A stretch of DNA of 64,000 nt, from contig SMSO01000034.1 in NCBI GenBank assembly GCA_004764695.1, forward strand, positions 2,046,001-2,110,000. The letters run 5' to 3'. Under the pieces are notes generated by a model. It was not told the DNA's origin and made no database searches. It worked only from the letters and a program-made list of their open reading frames with translations. The position numbers and the translations under genes are program-made. This stretch comes from Schizochytrium sp. TIO01 (Eukaryota; Protista; Bigyra: Labyrinthulomycetes). Of the stretch, positions 26,548-38,834 are shown in pieces (the first letter of the stretch is position 1; each line of letters begins with the position of its first letter).

Positions 26548-29500
26548 CTACCCTATAGGTAGTACGATAGGTTCTACCACGTCCGGAGTGAGAAGAGGTC
26601 TTATCTGTTCTTCAACCTTTTGCCGCAGTGCCCTGTGTGTAACCTTTGTGTTCCAATAATGTATCAAACGTGTTCGTCGAATTTCGCGCCATGATTTCTT
26701 GACGCTCTCAACATCCTTGGGGAAAAAAGGGTCAACATGCTTCGAAACATTGCGAGCGCATTTAGCAACATGTTTATGGCATACAGAACTTGACTTATCG
26801 CAGAAGTCAAGGCACCAACCACAGAAGTGATGAGCACAGTTTTGATTAGAGCACTGCAATGCACAACAACCGCTGAAATCGGTAAATACCGTACTACATT
26901 TGGGGCAGCAAATGCACAAAAGTCGATTCTGAATATGCCATACGTGATATTTGGTCATCCTTTCCAGAACAGACTGCTGAAGAGCACGTTTTACACTTTG
27001 CTCTATTTTCTGCTCTGTTTCAATAGCTAGTCTTCTCTCTAAATGGTTTTGCACAATTTTTAGCAGCTTTTGGAAGGCTTCCTTGGGCACATGTTTCGCG
27101 GTGTCAGCACCAGATATCTTAAAGTCACAATCAGGTTTCATGCAGGCCATGGACCCATCCTCTGACACACAGACTGCTGATGTTGGGTCAAGTAAAGCTG
27201 CTGCTACTGCATCTCCTAGACAAGGATCACATACGAAATGATTGCGTTTGCAACATGTTCCGCCATTTTCAGGGTAGTTCTCTAAGCATATAATGCATGA
27301 CTTCAATGCAATAGGCTCTGTATTAAATGCCGGGTGCTGCAGAGCCTCAGATGCGCTAGGACGTTGTGCTGGGCCAACACTCTTGAGTTGAGATATTAGC
27401 TTGCGCATGTTGTCATTTGGAGAAGGGAATAGGTCTTCAAAAAGTACCCCAATCGAATACATGTCCACTTTCTCTGAAACTTTATCAAGCTCATCCGCAT
27501 GAAGCTCTGGTGCGTTGTAACGCTGAGTAGATTGTACAGCATGTGTGATTGTGCAATTAGATTTTTGAACGCCATCAAAATCACCTAGGACAGGAGAAAG
27601 ATTTAATGTTAGGAAAATATTAGCTGGCTTGATATCGCAATGCACATGTCCATTTTTGTGAAGTTCGTAGGCCGCCATAAGAATTCCTACACCAAGTCTC
27701 TTACGAGTTTCCTCGTTAGCATGAGTATTCTCTGTAATCCACTTTTCAAGGTCACCACGCGGATAATATGGCATCAAAACACAACCATAGCTTACGCCGT
27801 GAGCAGAGTCTTGGAAAATACCTTCAATTCGTACCACATGAGCCGAGTCCATTCTTACTAGAGCAGCTACTTGTTGGTAAAACCTCCCTGCTGATGAAGC
27901 TTCGCCCAAAGGGAATCTCTTCAAAACCCAAACCTTTTCTTGCGAATCCTTTACAACTACAACAATCTTGCCATTTGATGATGACAGGTTCTGAATTTGC
28001 TCAAAATCTGACATTTTAGTGCCCGTGAGGCATATTCCTAAAGCGCTAGTCTCGAGGAACATTTCGTCGCTAACACCAATCTCCTTATACCACGATTTAG
28101 AAGAAAGAAGCTCCGGGTAGTGGTCCTGTGCGAGCTTAATAAGTCGCGTTCGCATTTGCCTTATTCGGCGGTCTAAACGATTGAAATCAACTGATTCAAG
28201 TTGCAGCTCAAGTTTTGCAATGTTCTCTTCGTACGCAGTTCTCTCTGCCTTCGTGTGCGCCCGCGTGAGCTTCCGTTTGGCATACTTGTAATCTTCAACA
28301 AGATCACGTCCCCTTTCCAAATCGGACAAAACTTGTACCAGTTGAGTGGTGTCTGGCCTTTCAAGGCCCTCTTCTATGTATTTAAACAAACTTTTGTATC
28401 CTTCGAAAGTTTGGCTTAAATTTTCACACAATGGCATAACTATTCGAGTAGAATATTCATTCAATGTAGCAATTGCCTGCGCAACAAGCTCCCGTGGTGC
28501 ATTGAAGGTGAAGTTCTCTGAAAGAAGAGCTTTCCTTTCCTTGTCAAATGCATTGTATGCAAACTTCATTTCTTTCGTTAGCTTTTCGAAAGATTTTGTG
28601 TTGTAAAGACATTCATTAAAAAGATCGTCAATCCCAACTTGCCTTGCAGCGCTTCTCAAGTTCTCGAGCACGATGCGACGAGCTTCCTTAAGATGCTCAA
28701 GGTTATATTTTGCCTGCCATAGCCGGATTGCCTTTAGTGCTACACAGACATCTGTCAGAACTTTTCGAAAGGATAGCTCCAAGACTTCATCAGTTTCTTG
28801 GACTTCCTTCACAACAGAGTGTTCGCTAAATTTCCTCCAAATAGTCAAGCTCCTGGCTATACGGGCTTGCACATTTTCTTTCATCGCGGTTTCCAATAGT
28901 GCGAAAAGCTTTCTGCGATGATGATCTCGTAAACTATAATTCGCAGATGAAGCTTGGCGGACCTTCAGCTGGGAAGTATCAAATGCCTTCTTACGATTCT
29001 CAATGAGTCTTTGTAGTTCTACAAGATCGCCAAGCTCTTCTAAAGGATTCAGCGCCTGCTTTGCAGTAATTTGTTCAAAAATATGAACTTCTCGGTCAAA
29101 CATCAGCAAATCTCTCTGCTTTAACTTTGTGTTTACTTGAGTACTTAGGTAATTAACTTCTTGAGCAATAAGACTAAGTCGTAACAAGGATATAGACTCA
29201 CTTGGGTACAGGCTGTTTGTATTTCGAAAACGAGGTTAGTTGTGCAGGAGTCATCACTGCCTGGAAAGCGTTTCTAATGCACTTACACATCTAAACTAAT
29301 CTGTGCACGGTAAAATCCCATGTTTTGATACCTCTTTTCAGGTGTACATTGTAGCCTCGGTATTATTTGAAATTCACCTGCTTTCCCACAGTCTTCACGT
29401 GAGAAAGAATTTGCTTTAGGACTGAAATCACAAGTCAAAGTACAAGAACTAGCAGTTGGTCCTCCTGTAGGTTTGCCCCCAAGTCTGTGTTAAAGATGAT

Positions 29501-32500
29501 TCACAAAGCACCAATTGTTGGTAAAAGAACCCAACTCTTATATGAGTAGCTATGTAAAACTTACTTGATATGAACCTGTGCTTTGGTATGCTCATGCAAT
29601 ATTTTAAGTACGGAATGTCCATTTTCACCTATCATATTGTTCTGAAGTCTTTTATTAGGAATTATCGTTTGTCAGTTACCTGGAACTTTATTTCATTATA
29701 AATCAAGGCACAAGCAACTTACTCCAGAAAACCAAGGTAGTTATTCCAATCAAGCATGAGGGCAAATGCTATTGCGCCTTCGTCATCAATTTTATTGTGA
29801 GAAAGACTGTGATGGTGGAAAAAGTGTCAGGTTAATCTGAAAATTCAGGTACTTTCGGGTGATGAATAGAAACGAGCTACGAACCTACCTGAGGATTTTC
29901 AATGAAGAGTTTGCTTTAAGGCCATCCGCAAAGTCGCATGCACATTTAGAACCAATCAAGTTATCGTTCAGACTAGTTCAGAGGATAGACAAAGGCCATC
30001 AAGTGATAGCATAAGTTAGAATTATAATCTCTCGGTTGCTTCATGAGATTCAAAAGTGATAACTTACTATAATGCTTGAAGAGAGTTGCCCCTAACGAGA
30101 ACCTCAGCTATAGTTCCAGTTTCAAATTTGGTGATCCTATTATTGTCAAGCCTAACTCCTCCCAAAATAGATGTATCAATTGCAAAATCCCACATTTGTT
30201 AGTTAGAAAGATCGTAACTTGAGCCTTACCGATACAAAAAAACTTACCTCAAGTTTCTAATTCCTTGTGTTGAACCGACTGAAGAAACGATCTCATTTGC
30301 GCCAGTATCTCCAATCTGATTATGGGATAGCCTGTGGTTTATTCATCAAATTTATAGATTTTGTACTCTGTCAGCTGATGGTTGGATGTGGCACGGTTGC
30401 TAAAATATGACTTACGTTAAATCACGTAGAAAGTGCAAAGTGCTTATCCCGGCAGCAAGGGTCTCCGCTTCAAGACACGAAATATTGTTGCTACTTAGAC
30501 TTTGTTTTAAGATGTTGTTGAGGTAAGAGGAGATGCTTTGTTAGACCTGGTCTGTACTTTATACTTTGGGGTTATCCAACTTACTTAATCTCTGTCAGGG
30601 CTCCCATGCTATGTAGTGCACTGGTTATCATTTGAATGTCGGAGAAACTTGGACATACTTTTGCAAGCCTTCTCCAATATTCGCAGAAACGGCGTCCTTA
30701 AGAGTTAGATTCATTCCATCTCTCCTCTAAGCTAGACCTGCGACGTACCGTATGACTCCGAATGTTTTGGCGTCCTTGATAATCTGTTGAATGTCCCTCA
30801 CGCCTCTTGTGGGATGCTCCTCCCAATTTTCATACATTTTTTCGAGATAGAGGTCCTTCTCAGATTCTGAGCTACCAGAGTCTGAAGAGCTACTGTCATT
30901 TTCAGGGTCTGAAACGCTAGTGTCATTTTCAGAGTCTGAAGAGGTGCTACTGTTTTTAGAGTCGGAAAAGTTGACATTTTCTTTATGAAAGCTTTGTTTT
31001 CTCTTTCCAGCACTTTCGGGCTCGAGACTTGCAATTTTTGCATCTGGTTTCTCTTCTTCATGCTCTCTGATACTATCAGGACTGCCTAGTATTGATCTTT
31101 GTTTACTGACCTTCGTTAGTTGAATTAAACCTTCTTCTGGTTTTAAATTTTTGAGTGAATATTTGAGGAGAAGAGCGACAAGGGGATAAACTTACGCGGG
31201 TGTTGCAGCTGCTGCACCTGGTACCACAAGTTTGACTGAGTGTTGCCTGCTCAAAGGAGAGACTATTTTTGCTAAAGGAGAACGACTCAGGGGACTTAGT
31301 ATATTTCTCCTGGTTTTGATTAAAGAAAGAAGGTTTTGTCGTCAGCTTGTGGATTTGTGTTGTGTCAACCCAAATATGGCATACTCTGAACGAATTTAAG
31401 AAAAAGAAACTTACTTGAAACTAGTTGTTAACGGGCGAAGGCTTGGGAACCTTCTTACCATAGGGCGGGATTGATCGACAACTGCTTCCTCATTCGCATC
31501 GTGTTGCTGAGTTCTTTGTGTCCTGGCATTCTGAAGGTGTTCTAATTGATGCGGATTTAACCTATTATTCCTGTTTGAATTATATCAGTAAATGGCGTTA
31601 GTTCCGTTCTGTATTAAACTATGGCATTAGAAACTTAGGAAGACTGTGCACTGAACTTACGCCAAATTAATTGTCAGAGTCTCGTTAAATGTGATGATAT
31701 CTAGAAGTATATCAAAAGCAATGACATCAATTTTGTTGTTGTTTAAACTGTTAGCAGGAGATTTGAATCAAGTTATTAGGTAGCAAAGAGAGGAGAAGAT
31801 AAGTCAGTTTCCATACAATCTTTAGGGGACTTTGAGTGTTTACATTCGCAAATTCAAAACTTACCCAAGGATGTGGAGTGCAGGATGTTGCTCCAGTATC
31901 CCACCGATACCGATAAAACCATCTGAAGTTATTTCGTTGTCGCTCACACTAGCCATACATGAAAATCCATAACAAAAGTCAGCATATACTCTTTTTAAAT
32001 GCCATCTCGTTTTACTTACTCGACCGTGTGGAGATGGTTGTGTCGTCCAATAGCTCTGAGAAGGACCTGAAAGCCTGCTGAGTCGATTTTGTTGCTTTGA
32101 AGCCTACGTTCTTACAAATTATGAAATGGTGTAAGTTTTCAATTTAATCGCTGAATCATGTATAAGTACTTACAGCAATATCTCTAGCTCCATCAACTGA
32201 GTCAGAGCGGGGCCCATCTGTGTACACCCTTCTCCTGTAAATTTGTTGCCGCTCAGACTAGATAAGGTTAATGTTGTTAGATGCTATAAATGGCATTACT
32301 GGTTCACTTTGTCATACTAATCTCTAACTTACTTCAGAAGACATAAATGAACATTTTTTGCTAAAATTTCTGAGATATATACAATACCTATGTCCGAAAT
32401 ATTATTCCGGGCGAGTCTTCATTTCGAAAATTAAATAAAACATTCTATTGTGGTTAGCTCGAAAAGGGGATAAAACCACCATGCGAAGATCTTGTTTGCG

Positions 32501-33413
32501 TTGTCTGACAGAATAAACTTACTCGAGGGTATTTAAGCTAGAGAAATTATGCAGGCCATCGAAAAGCAACTCGATTCCTATATCATTTATATTATTCCCG
32601 CATAAGCTATTCAACGAAAACAAAAATTAAAAAAGTCACGTGAGCTGTATAGCAACATAGTATTCAGCGTCGTATGCGAACTCACGCTAGATTTTGTAGC
32701 TCCTGGTAGAGTGGAAGACATGTTTTAAGCTGTGCTGTTCCTGTGGATCCAAAACTGGTATCTTGGAGGCTGAAATGAATAAGAATTCCGAAGAGACCAC
32801 TACTGTTAGAAACTGTTTTCTAATTAAACTGGTTTGGAAACATACCGAAGTATTTGAAGTTCTGGAACACTTGGAAGGACAATTGAAACAAGTTTTGAAA
32901 TACCCATTTCACCCAAAGGGTTGTTTGAAAGCCTGCAAGTGAGATATTTCCAAATTCGTCAGATTACATATTTCCTCCATTTTGCTCAAAACAAACTAGA
33001 ATTATATCAGTGTGAACTTACTCAAGACTAACGAGGTTTTTATGCTTCTGAATCATGGGTGCAAGTTTACTTATGCACTCTCCATCAATGTTGTTGTTAC
33101 AAAGGCTATGACATTTTCAAAGAAAAGAATTAAAAGTCAATCGTTTTAAACTCAGTGAAAATTTTCACAGTGCGTATACGTACCTTAGTCGCTTTAGTGA
33201 CGGTGCGAGCATATTCAACCCTTGAATCAAAGTATCCAGAGCATATTCGGAAATTACCTGTCCTTCAAGCCTACTTAACGTGGTCAAGTCAGTCATTATC
33301 CTTCATGATTTAGGTAGTTGTATCTATCTGCATTTCACTTACAGCAAGCAGTCATCCTTGCAAGAGACTTGTAGCCCAGCATGTGCCAGCACATCCCTTA
33401 CGAAGTGAGCCAT
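26548..33413 (-). CDS. LRR - coiled coil - protein kinase - RING/RBR-type E3 ligase protein, 23 exons, ~1665 aa
   Basis: Exons: 33413-33343; LRR block 33270-33184, 33105-33022, 32932-32846, 32769-32686, 32606-32523, 32416-32333, 32257-32174, 32103-32020, 31948-31865, 31747-31661; linker 31570-31415, 31309-31196, 31105-30749; LRR block 30668-30585, 30499-30416, 30331-30248, 30151-30068, 29972-29889, 29806-29723, 29648-29565; then 29484-29287 and 29212-26548. All introns are GT-AG, phase 2, and the spliced frame stays open into the 879-aa ORF (VLKRF, HCDIKPANIFL, GDFDG, YNAPE; CIIC..C...H..C..C; CPKC...GCCALQC....CAHHFCGWC). Confidence 0.88.
30878..30968. repeat. ~27-bp coding minisatellite in the Ser/Asp-rich linker of the LRR-kinase gene
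   Basis: About 3 copies encoding SDSENDTSV / SDPENDSSS-like units on the minus strand. Confidence 0.7.
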
Positions 33414-34127
33414 TTCAATCTGTTGTAAGGTAAAATGCTTGCTTGCTCTCAGGAACGTCAAATGAAGACGTCGCCGAACTCGAGCTCGGCCAAGACACAA
33501 CTAAAGAATTATGGGTTTGTTTATTAATGCTTGGAGATCGAATCTTAAACGTGATACAGGTGGACACATTAATACACCGCATATATAATGCTAAATAATG
33601 AAACTAGAAAGTCTCGATCACAGCTGACCAGTCAAATTTAGACAGTCCTCAACGAATCTTTACTCGCATTATATGTTCATCATTCTTGTCCCTCGTCAAA
33701 TCTCCAAGCATTTTTCTTACCTCTCTCCATCGCGCACAAACATGTGAAGTGCCAAAAGGATTAGACTCTAGAATAAAACAAAAGGCCTGCTTGTCTTGCA
33801 GAGCAGGTGCTCATTTCTACCAAGAGGGCTTCCTTTCCTATAGGAAAGTGTGCAGGAAGTGCACATGGACCACGAGCGAGCCTTATGAGTTCTCTCAAAA
33901 GTCAACGGATCATTTTATAATTTTTTGGTTCAACTCGCAACAGTAGTTCGTTCATCTTCAGTATAAGGTGAGAATCAATAAGCGGTTTGGGATCTAGGCA
34001 AGGATAGCTGATTGTGCCAAACACATGTTTCACAAGATTTTGATTTCCTTTCCCACCGGTATTGAATGAAAAGGGGAGACCTACAGCCTGACAGCCTCGA
34101 CGTCCAGGCCAGTTGGGGTTTAATCTG

Positions 34128-36710
34128 ATGGCAGAGATATCCACCATGGCAAGCTCTTTGGGTTCAGAACCTGCACATGTGAAGAGTGCTTTGCAGAGTG
34201 AACAAAGCGCTGAGGAGAGTGCTATTGAGCAGGAACTCGCAAGTAGCGCAATTCGCGTGGTTGTACGAGTAAGGCCTCTGCTGCCCTTGGAATCCACCAA
34301 AGGTGGCAAGCAAACAATTCTTAGTGCAGATGTGGATGCTAGTCAGGTTCACGTAGACCTTCGTGGAGCAAAGGATCAAGTCAAACGCAAAAGTTTTGCC
34401 TTTGATGCTGTGCTCGATAAAGGGCACCAGCAAAACGAGGTATTCAAGAGAGCTGGTCTTGATCATTTGATCAAAAGTGTCCTGGATGGATATGATGGGA
34501 CGGTTTTCGCATATGGACAAACTGGAAGTGGGAAAACATACACCATGGAGGGCTTTGAGTATGCAGAAAACTCACGCTTGACACACGTGTCCGGGCCAGA
34601 GAGCACCTCAAATATTGAAGTTCAGATTAACCAAACAGAGCCTGCACGCCTTGGCATTGTACCTCGGGTAACTGAAGCGCTTTTCGAAAGGATGCAAACT
34701 CGCGAAAGAGAAGATAACCTTCAATTTAGGGTACGCTGCTCATATATTCAAATATACAACGAAAAGATTCTTGATTTACTCAACCCAGAGCACCTAATTA
34801 TTAGAGAAGGTCGTCTACGTACACGAAAGGGATCGGTAAATCCAAATGAATTGGCAGGATTAAGGATGCGCTTTAGCAGCGCAACCGGACAGTTCTATGT
34901 TGAGGACCTTTTTGAGGTGGAGTGTAGTAGTGCCGGCGAAGTCATGGAGCAGTTTCAAACAGGAGTTCGAGCTAAGATTATGGGATCGCATAAGCTTAAC
35001 GCTGCGTCATCACGATCTCATTGCATGTTTACACTCCGTGTTGACACGGTTGATGTGACTCGTCCAGATGAAACCAAGTATTCTGCTCGCTTGGCTCTCA
35101 TTGATCTTGCTGGTTCGGAGCGTGTTGCGGTGACTGGAGCAACAGGGAAAACTTTGAAAGAGGCCGGTTGTATCAATAAGTCACTGTTTGCTTTGCGCAA
35201 TGTGATCACAGCTATATCAAAGATGCAACAGCAGTATGGCTCTGATAGTATTGGAGACATGAGCTTGCAGCATATTCCTTTCCGGGATTCCAAGCTTACG
35301 TCTCTCTTACAACATAGTCTTGGAGGTACATCTTTGACGGTCATGATTGCATGCGTATCCCCTAGTGACATTCATGCCGAGGAAAACCTCTCGACATTAG
35401 CATATGCCGCCCGGGCCAAAGAAATTCGTAACCGCCCTCGCCGCAATGAAGATGCTAAATCTCGATTAATTCGTAAGCTAAAACGCGAAGTGCAACTTTT
35501 GCGGAAGCAGTTGCAACAAGCCCAAGAGGTATCTGGGATCCACTTAGGGAAGAACGCTTCTGCAGCAAGCCGAAATTTAGCCAACAGCACATCACGTGAC
35601 GGAGACGATGCAAGATCAAGGGAAGTCCAAAATTTAAAGCAGGAGCTATTAGGGAGTATTACAATTATGAAAAGAATGCATGAAATTGAGAAAGAGCTTC
35701 GTGAACGAATGGAAGAGGCTGAAGAAGACGTACAAAGCCTTCAGGTCGATAACTCAAAGTTACATGACGAGAACCAACGTTTACGGGAGCACGAGCAAGT
35801 ACTCTTGCATTTATTAGAGAGAAGTGGGGAACATGAAGTTCACAGCGTGCTAGCGGATCGCCAGACACCATCGCAAAGTGCATTGGATGATAGCGTACGA
35901 AAGCAGATGATTTATTTAGAAAAAGAGAACGAGCAACTTAAGGAAGCCCTCGAGCACGCACAGGCAACGTCATTTGCGCACGAGTATGCTGCTGCCGCGC
36001 CTCCAGCTCTAGGATCTCCTGCTGCGAAACGTTCAGCCTCCAAGCATTCTCTTTCTTCTAATTCGAGTGAATCTAGGGTTTTGAAAAGGCAAGGATCATC
36101 AACATCTTCTAAAAAACTTCTACTCGCTACAGCTCCAGCTCATCAGCGATCTTCACGTCAACATATTGATGTGATGTCCTCACCATTCACAGGAACATCT
36201 GCCCAATCTCCGTCACTCAAGCCCCGTAAACCACAGGTCATGTCTGTAGACGAGCTCCGTGCTCTATTATCTGGATCAGGGACGAGTGAAACTAACACAG
36301 TCACAACCCCAGGTCACAGCTCTTTAAATATTGGCAACAACTTCAGCACTAGCACTAGCACCACCAATAATAACATTAGCAACAATTCTCAACACGCCGC
36401 TAAGCCTACGCGGATCAGACCTGAAACCATAAGCGTTGCATCTCCGCGTGCAAGACGGTCGATCTTGCACGAAAGCAAAACACATTCTCGCTCCAAAACA
36501 AAACTCTGCAAGAACGAAGAGAGCATAATCAAATTTTACGAGGAAGAAGGTGATCTGCGACAAGAAAAGATGCAGCAGGTTGAAATTCCAAAGTTACCGG
36601 TCATGCCCTCTGCAACAGTGGCTCCTTCAACAACGAATCCGCCCAAGAATTCAAATAACCCCTTTGAGAAAATGGCCATGTTTTCGTCTTTATTACATCG
36701 TAAACGATAA
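34128..36710 (+). CDS. N-terminal kinesin motor protein (possibly KIF12/kinesin-16-like)
   Basis: RVRP, YGQTGSGKT, SSRSH, DLAGSE, HIPFRDSKLT; coiled coil after the motor. The subfamily guess rests on 'LRMRFS...FYVEDLF'. Confidence 0.93.
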   Translation: MAEISTMASSLGSEPAHVKSALQSEQSAEESAIEQELASSAIRVVVRVRPLLPLESTKGGKQTILSADVDASQVHVDLRGAKDQVKRKSFAFDAVLDKGHQQNEVFKRAGLDHLIKSVLDGYDGTVFAYGQTGSGKTYTMEGFEYAENSRLTHVSGPESTSNIEVQINQTEPARLGIVPRVTEALFERMQTREREDNLQFRVRCSYIQIYNEKILDLLNPEHLIIREGRLRTRKGSVNPNELAGLRMRFSSATGQFYVEDLFEVECSSAGEVMEQFQTGVRAKIMGSHKLNAASSRSHCMFTLRVDTVDVTRPDETKYSARLALIDLAGSERVAVTGATGKTLKEAGCINKSLFALRNVITAISKMQQQYGSDSIGDMSLQHIPFRDSKLTSLLQHSLGGTSLTVMIACVSPSDIHAEENLSTLAYAARAKEIRNRPRRNEDAKSRLIRKLKREVQLLRKQLQQAQEVSGIHLGKNASAASRNLANSTSRDGDDARSREVQNLKQELLGSITIMKRMHEIEKELRERMEEAEEDVQSLQVDNSKLHDENQRLREHEQVLLHLLERSGEHEVHSVLADRQTPSQSALDDSVRKQMIYLEKENEQLKEALEHAQATSFAHEYAAAAPPALGSPAAKRSASKHSLSSNSSESRVLKRQGSSTSSKKLLLATAPAHQRSSRQHIDVMSSPFTGTSAQSPSLKPRKPQVMSVDELRALLSGSGTSETNTVTTPGHSSLNIGNNFSTSTSTTNNNISNNSQHAAKPTRIRPETISVASPRARRSILHESKTHSRSKTKLCKNEESIIKFYEEEGDLRQEKMQQVEIPKLPVMPSATVAPSTTNPPKNSNNPFEKMAMFSSLLHRKR

Positions 36711-37142
36711 ACATGATTCAATGTACAGATCAAGTTCTCGACTGTTGCCAATTATAGACTTATCACTATTTCGTCTTCATTCTTACAATGTAATGAGCGA
36801 TCAATTTGTGTAGTTCACTAAGAGACCGTAAGGTACATAATGTGGAATCAGTAAATGCCCATACTTATTATTTCGATATTCACTTGCGTGTACTTGAGTT
36901 TCCGTCGAGTTCTTCTGTTTCGAAAATGAAAGGATAAAAAGTAATATCAATGTTGAAACAGGACTGAAGGCTATTTTTTGTAATATTTAAAATGTATTCT
37001 GTGTGCAAAGTTTACCATACGCGAGCTTGAGATTTCTCATAGATTCACCACGTCCGACTGTGTCATTGCAAGTCTGAACCCACAGGCAAAACAGCGAAGG
37101 GTGGAGATGGTTGCTCATCAACTCTTACGTGTTGTGGTTCTT

Positions 37143-38834
37143 TTACATGGAAGCCTGGCGACGTGATGATATTTGAATCAGATCTTCAATATCTTGCAAA
37201 GCAGATTCGCGCTTCTCTTGAGCGATGTTATTGGGATTATTCATGGTTAGATCGCGAACATAGTCCGAGACACTGAGAATTTCAGGGAGGCCTCTGTCAG
37301 ATCGTCTCTTTGCATCCATTTTCTGAAATGGGCATCCAAAGGAAGCAGAGGGGTCAACGGTAGCAATTACACACATGTTGCAACGGATGCAGCTACTGCG
37401 GGGGTCTGAAACTTCGTCATGACCATTGCTACTCCCGTCCTGGGAATCTGAAATAGTTCTGTCTGGTATCAAAATGCCATGCTCTTGAAGTAATAGTGTA
37501 GCTGTGATACGATTAATAAGATCTGGCTCTCTAATCAGGCCTCGTGCAATCTGCACGAGCTCGAACCCTTCTTCCATGGCACCTTCCATCTCAGAGAAAG
37601 AGTTGACACCACCCATTAGAACCACTGCCGTCTTGTGGCTCACCGCTTTAAGTATATGCCGAGCTGACTGACGCAGAAAACAATCTTCATATGGGACCTC
37701 AGGAACAGCCAAGGGACCGAAGACCATCATGGCAAGCTTTTTAAGATCATGTGGAAGTGCTTGCACAAGCTTGGCTTGAGGCGTGTTTCCTCGAAGCATG
37801 TAGAAGCCATTACGTGAAACAGAACCACATGTAACGATGATTGCATCTGCGGAGGCATCTGCTAAAACGTCCGCGGCAATTGTGGCATCTGCCAGTTCGA
37901 GTCCAAACCACATACCATCATGTGCGTTCATTTTCACGATAATTGGAAAGTCTTCACCGACTGCGCGGCGACATCTACGAACACATTCAGCAGGAAATTC
38001 GGCACGTCTTTGTGCATCTCCACCATAGACATCTGAACGCGTGTTCATCTTCGGACTTAAGAACTGGGAAAGGAGGTAACCATGGCCTACGTGAATTTCA
38101 ACACAGTCAAAGCCACACTCCTGCGCGAGCTTGGCAGCGCGGGCAAAGTTATCAGCCATCACATCACAATCTTCGAGTGTCATCGTACGCGGGAAGTCGA
38201 ACCCAGCAAAGTTAAACACCTTGGATGGGGCCTGCTGTTGCTCCCATCCAATACTCTCGCGATCAGAAAAGGACCCACCATGCGTGAGTTGGGCCGAAAT
38301 TGCAGCACCATGTAGATGCACTTGTCCTGCGAGGCGAGTAAGAAATTCTTTTCTTGTATCCTCCATTACAAGCTGGCCATCAAAAGTTTTCCCGTTCGGA
38401 GACACGCAACAGTATGCCACTGTGGTCATGCCCACGCCGCCTTTGGCCATCCCCACATGGGTTGCAATACAATCGTCTTCTTGTTCGCCATCAAACGCTG
38501 CTGCTCGAATGATTCGATTCCGCAACTTCAGGCCCCGTAGTTGAAATGGTTTGAGCACTCGAGAATCTTCGACTTTTCGCGGAATCCTTGATGCTTGCAC
38601 CATTGGGCTGGAACTAGGCACAGTCATGGTGACTCCGTCGGCGTCCTTGGGTAAGTACTCTGGCAATATGTGCTCATTTAGGCCTTTACAAAACTTCAGC
38701 CATGCAGCATACATATCGCTTTCTGTCATTTCAGCCCACGAAAGTTTGTGCACATCCTCGTACGCCCTCCACAACAGCCGCAGAGTCACGGCCGCTCCTG
38801 CCACTTTGATCATCTCCCGCATATTGAGAGCCAT
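37143..38834 (-). CDS. NADH:flavin oxidoreductase / Old Yellow Enzyme family
   Basis: LRNRIIRAA, QLTHGG, GFDCVEIHVGHGYLLSQFLSP.MNTRSDVYGG, ARGLIREPDL and C-terminal CIRCNMC. Likely ATG at 38834 (MALNMREM). Confidence 0.92.
   Translation of the reverse strand: MALNMREMIKVAGAAVTLRLLWRAYEDVHKLSWAEMTESDMYAAWLKFCKGLNEHILPEYLPKDADGVTMTVPSSSPMVQASRIPRKVEDSRVLKPFQLRGLKLRNRIIRAAAFDGEQEDDCIATHVGMAKGGVGMTTVAYCCVSPNGKTFDGQLVMEDTRKEFLTRLAGQVHLHGAAISAQLTHGGSFSDRESIGWEQQQAPSKVFNFAGFDFPRTMTLEDCDVMADNFARAAKLAQECGFDCVEIHVGHGYLLSQFLSPKMNTRSDVYGGDAQRRAEFPAECVRRCRRAVGEDFPIIVKMNAHDGMWFGLELADATIAADVLADASADAIIVTCGSVSRNGFYMLRGNTPQAKLVQALPHDLKKLAMMVFGPLAVPEVPYEDCFLRQSARHILKAVSHKTAVVLMGGVNSFSEMEGAMEEGFELVQIARGLIREPDLINRITATLLLQEHGILIPDRTISDSQDGSSNGHDEVSDPRSSCIRCNMCVIATVDPSASFGCPFQKMDAKRRSDRGLPEILSVSDYVRDLTMNNPNNIAQEKRESALQDIEDLIQISSRRQASM

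Noticed and set aside
30798-31061. 87-aa minus-strand ORF
   Set aside because: Alternative frame of linker exon 31105-30749 of the LRR-kinase gene.
26254-34100. tRNA-targeted integrative element with att duplication
   Set aside because: No repeat of the tRNA 3' end, and no integrase, transposase or terminal repeats seen.
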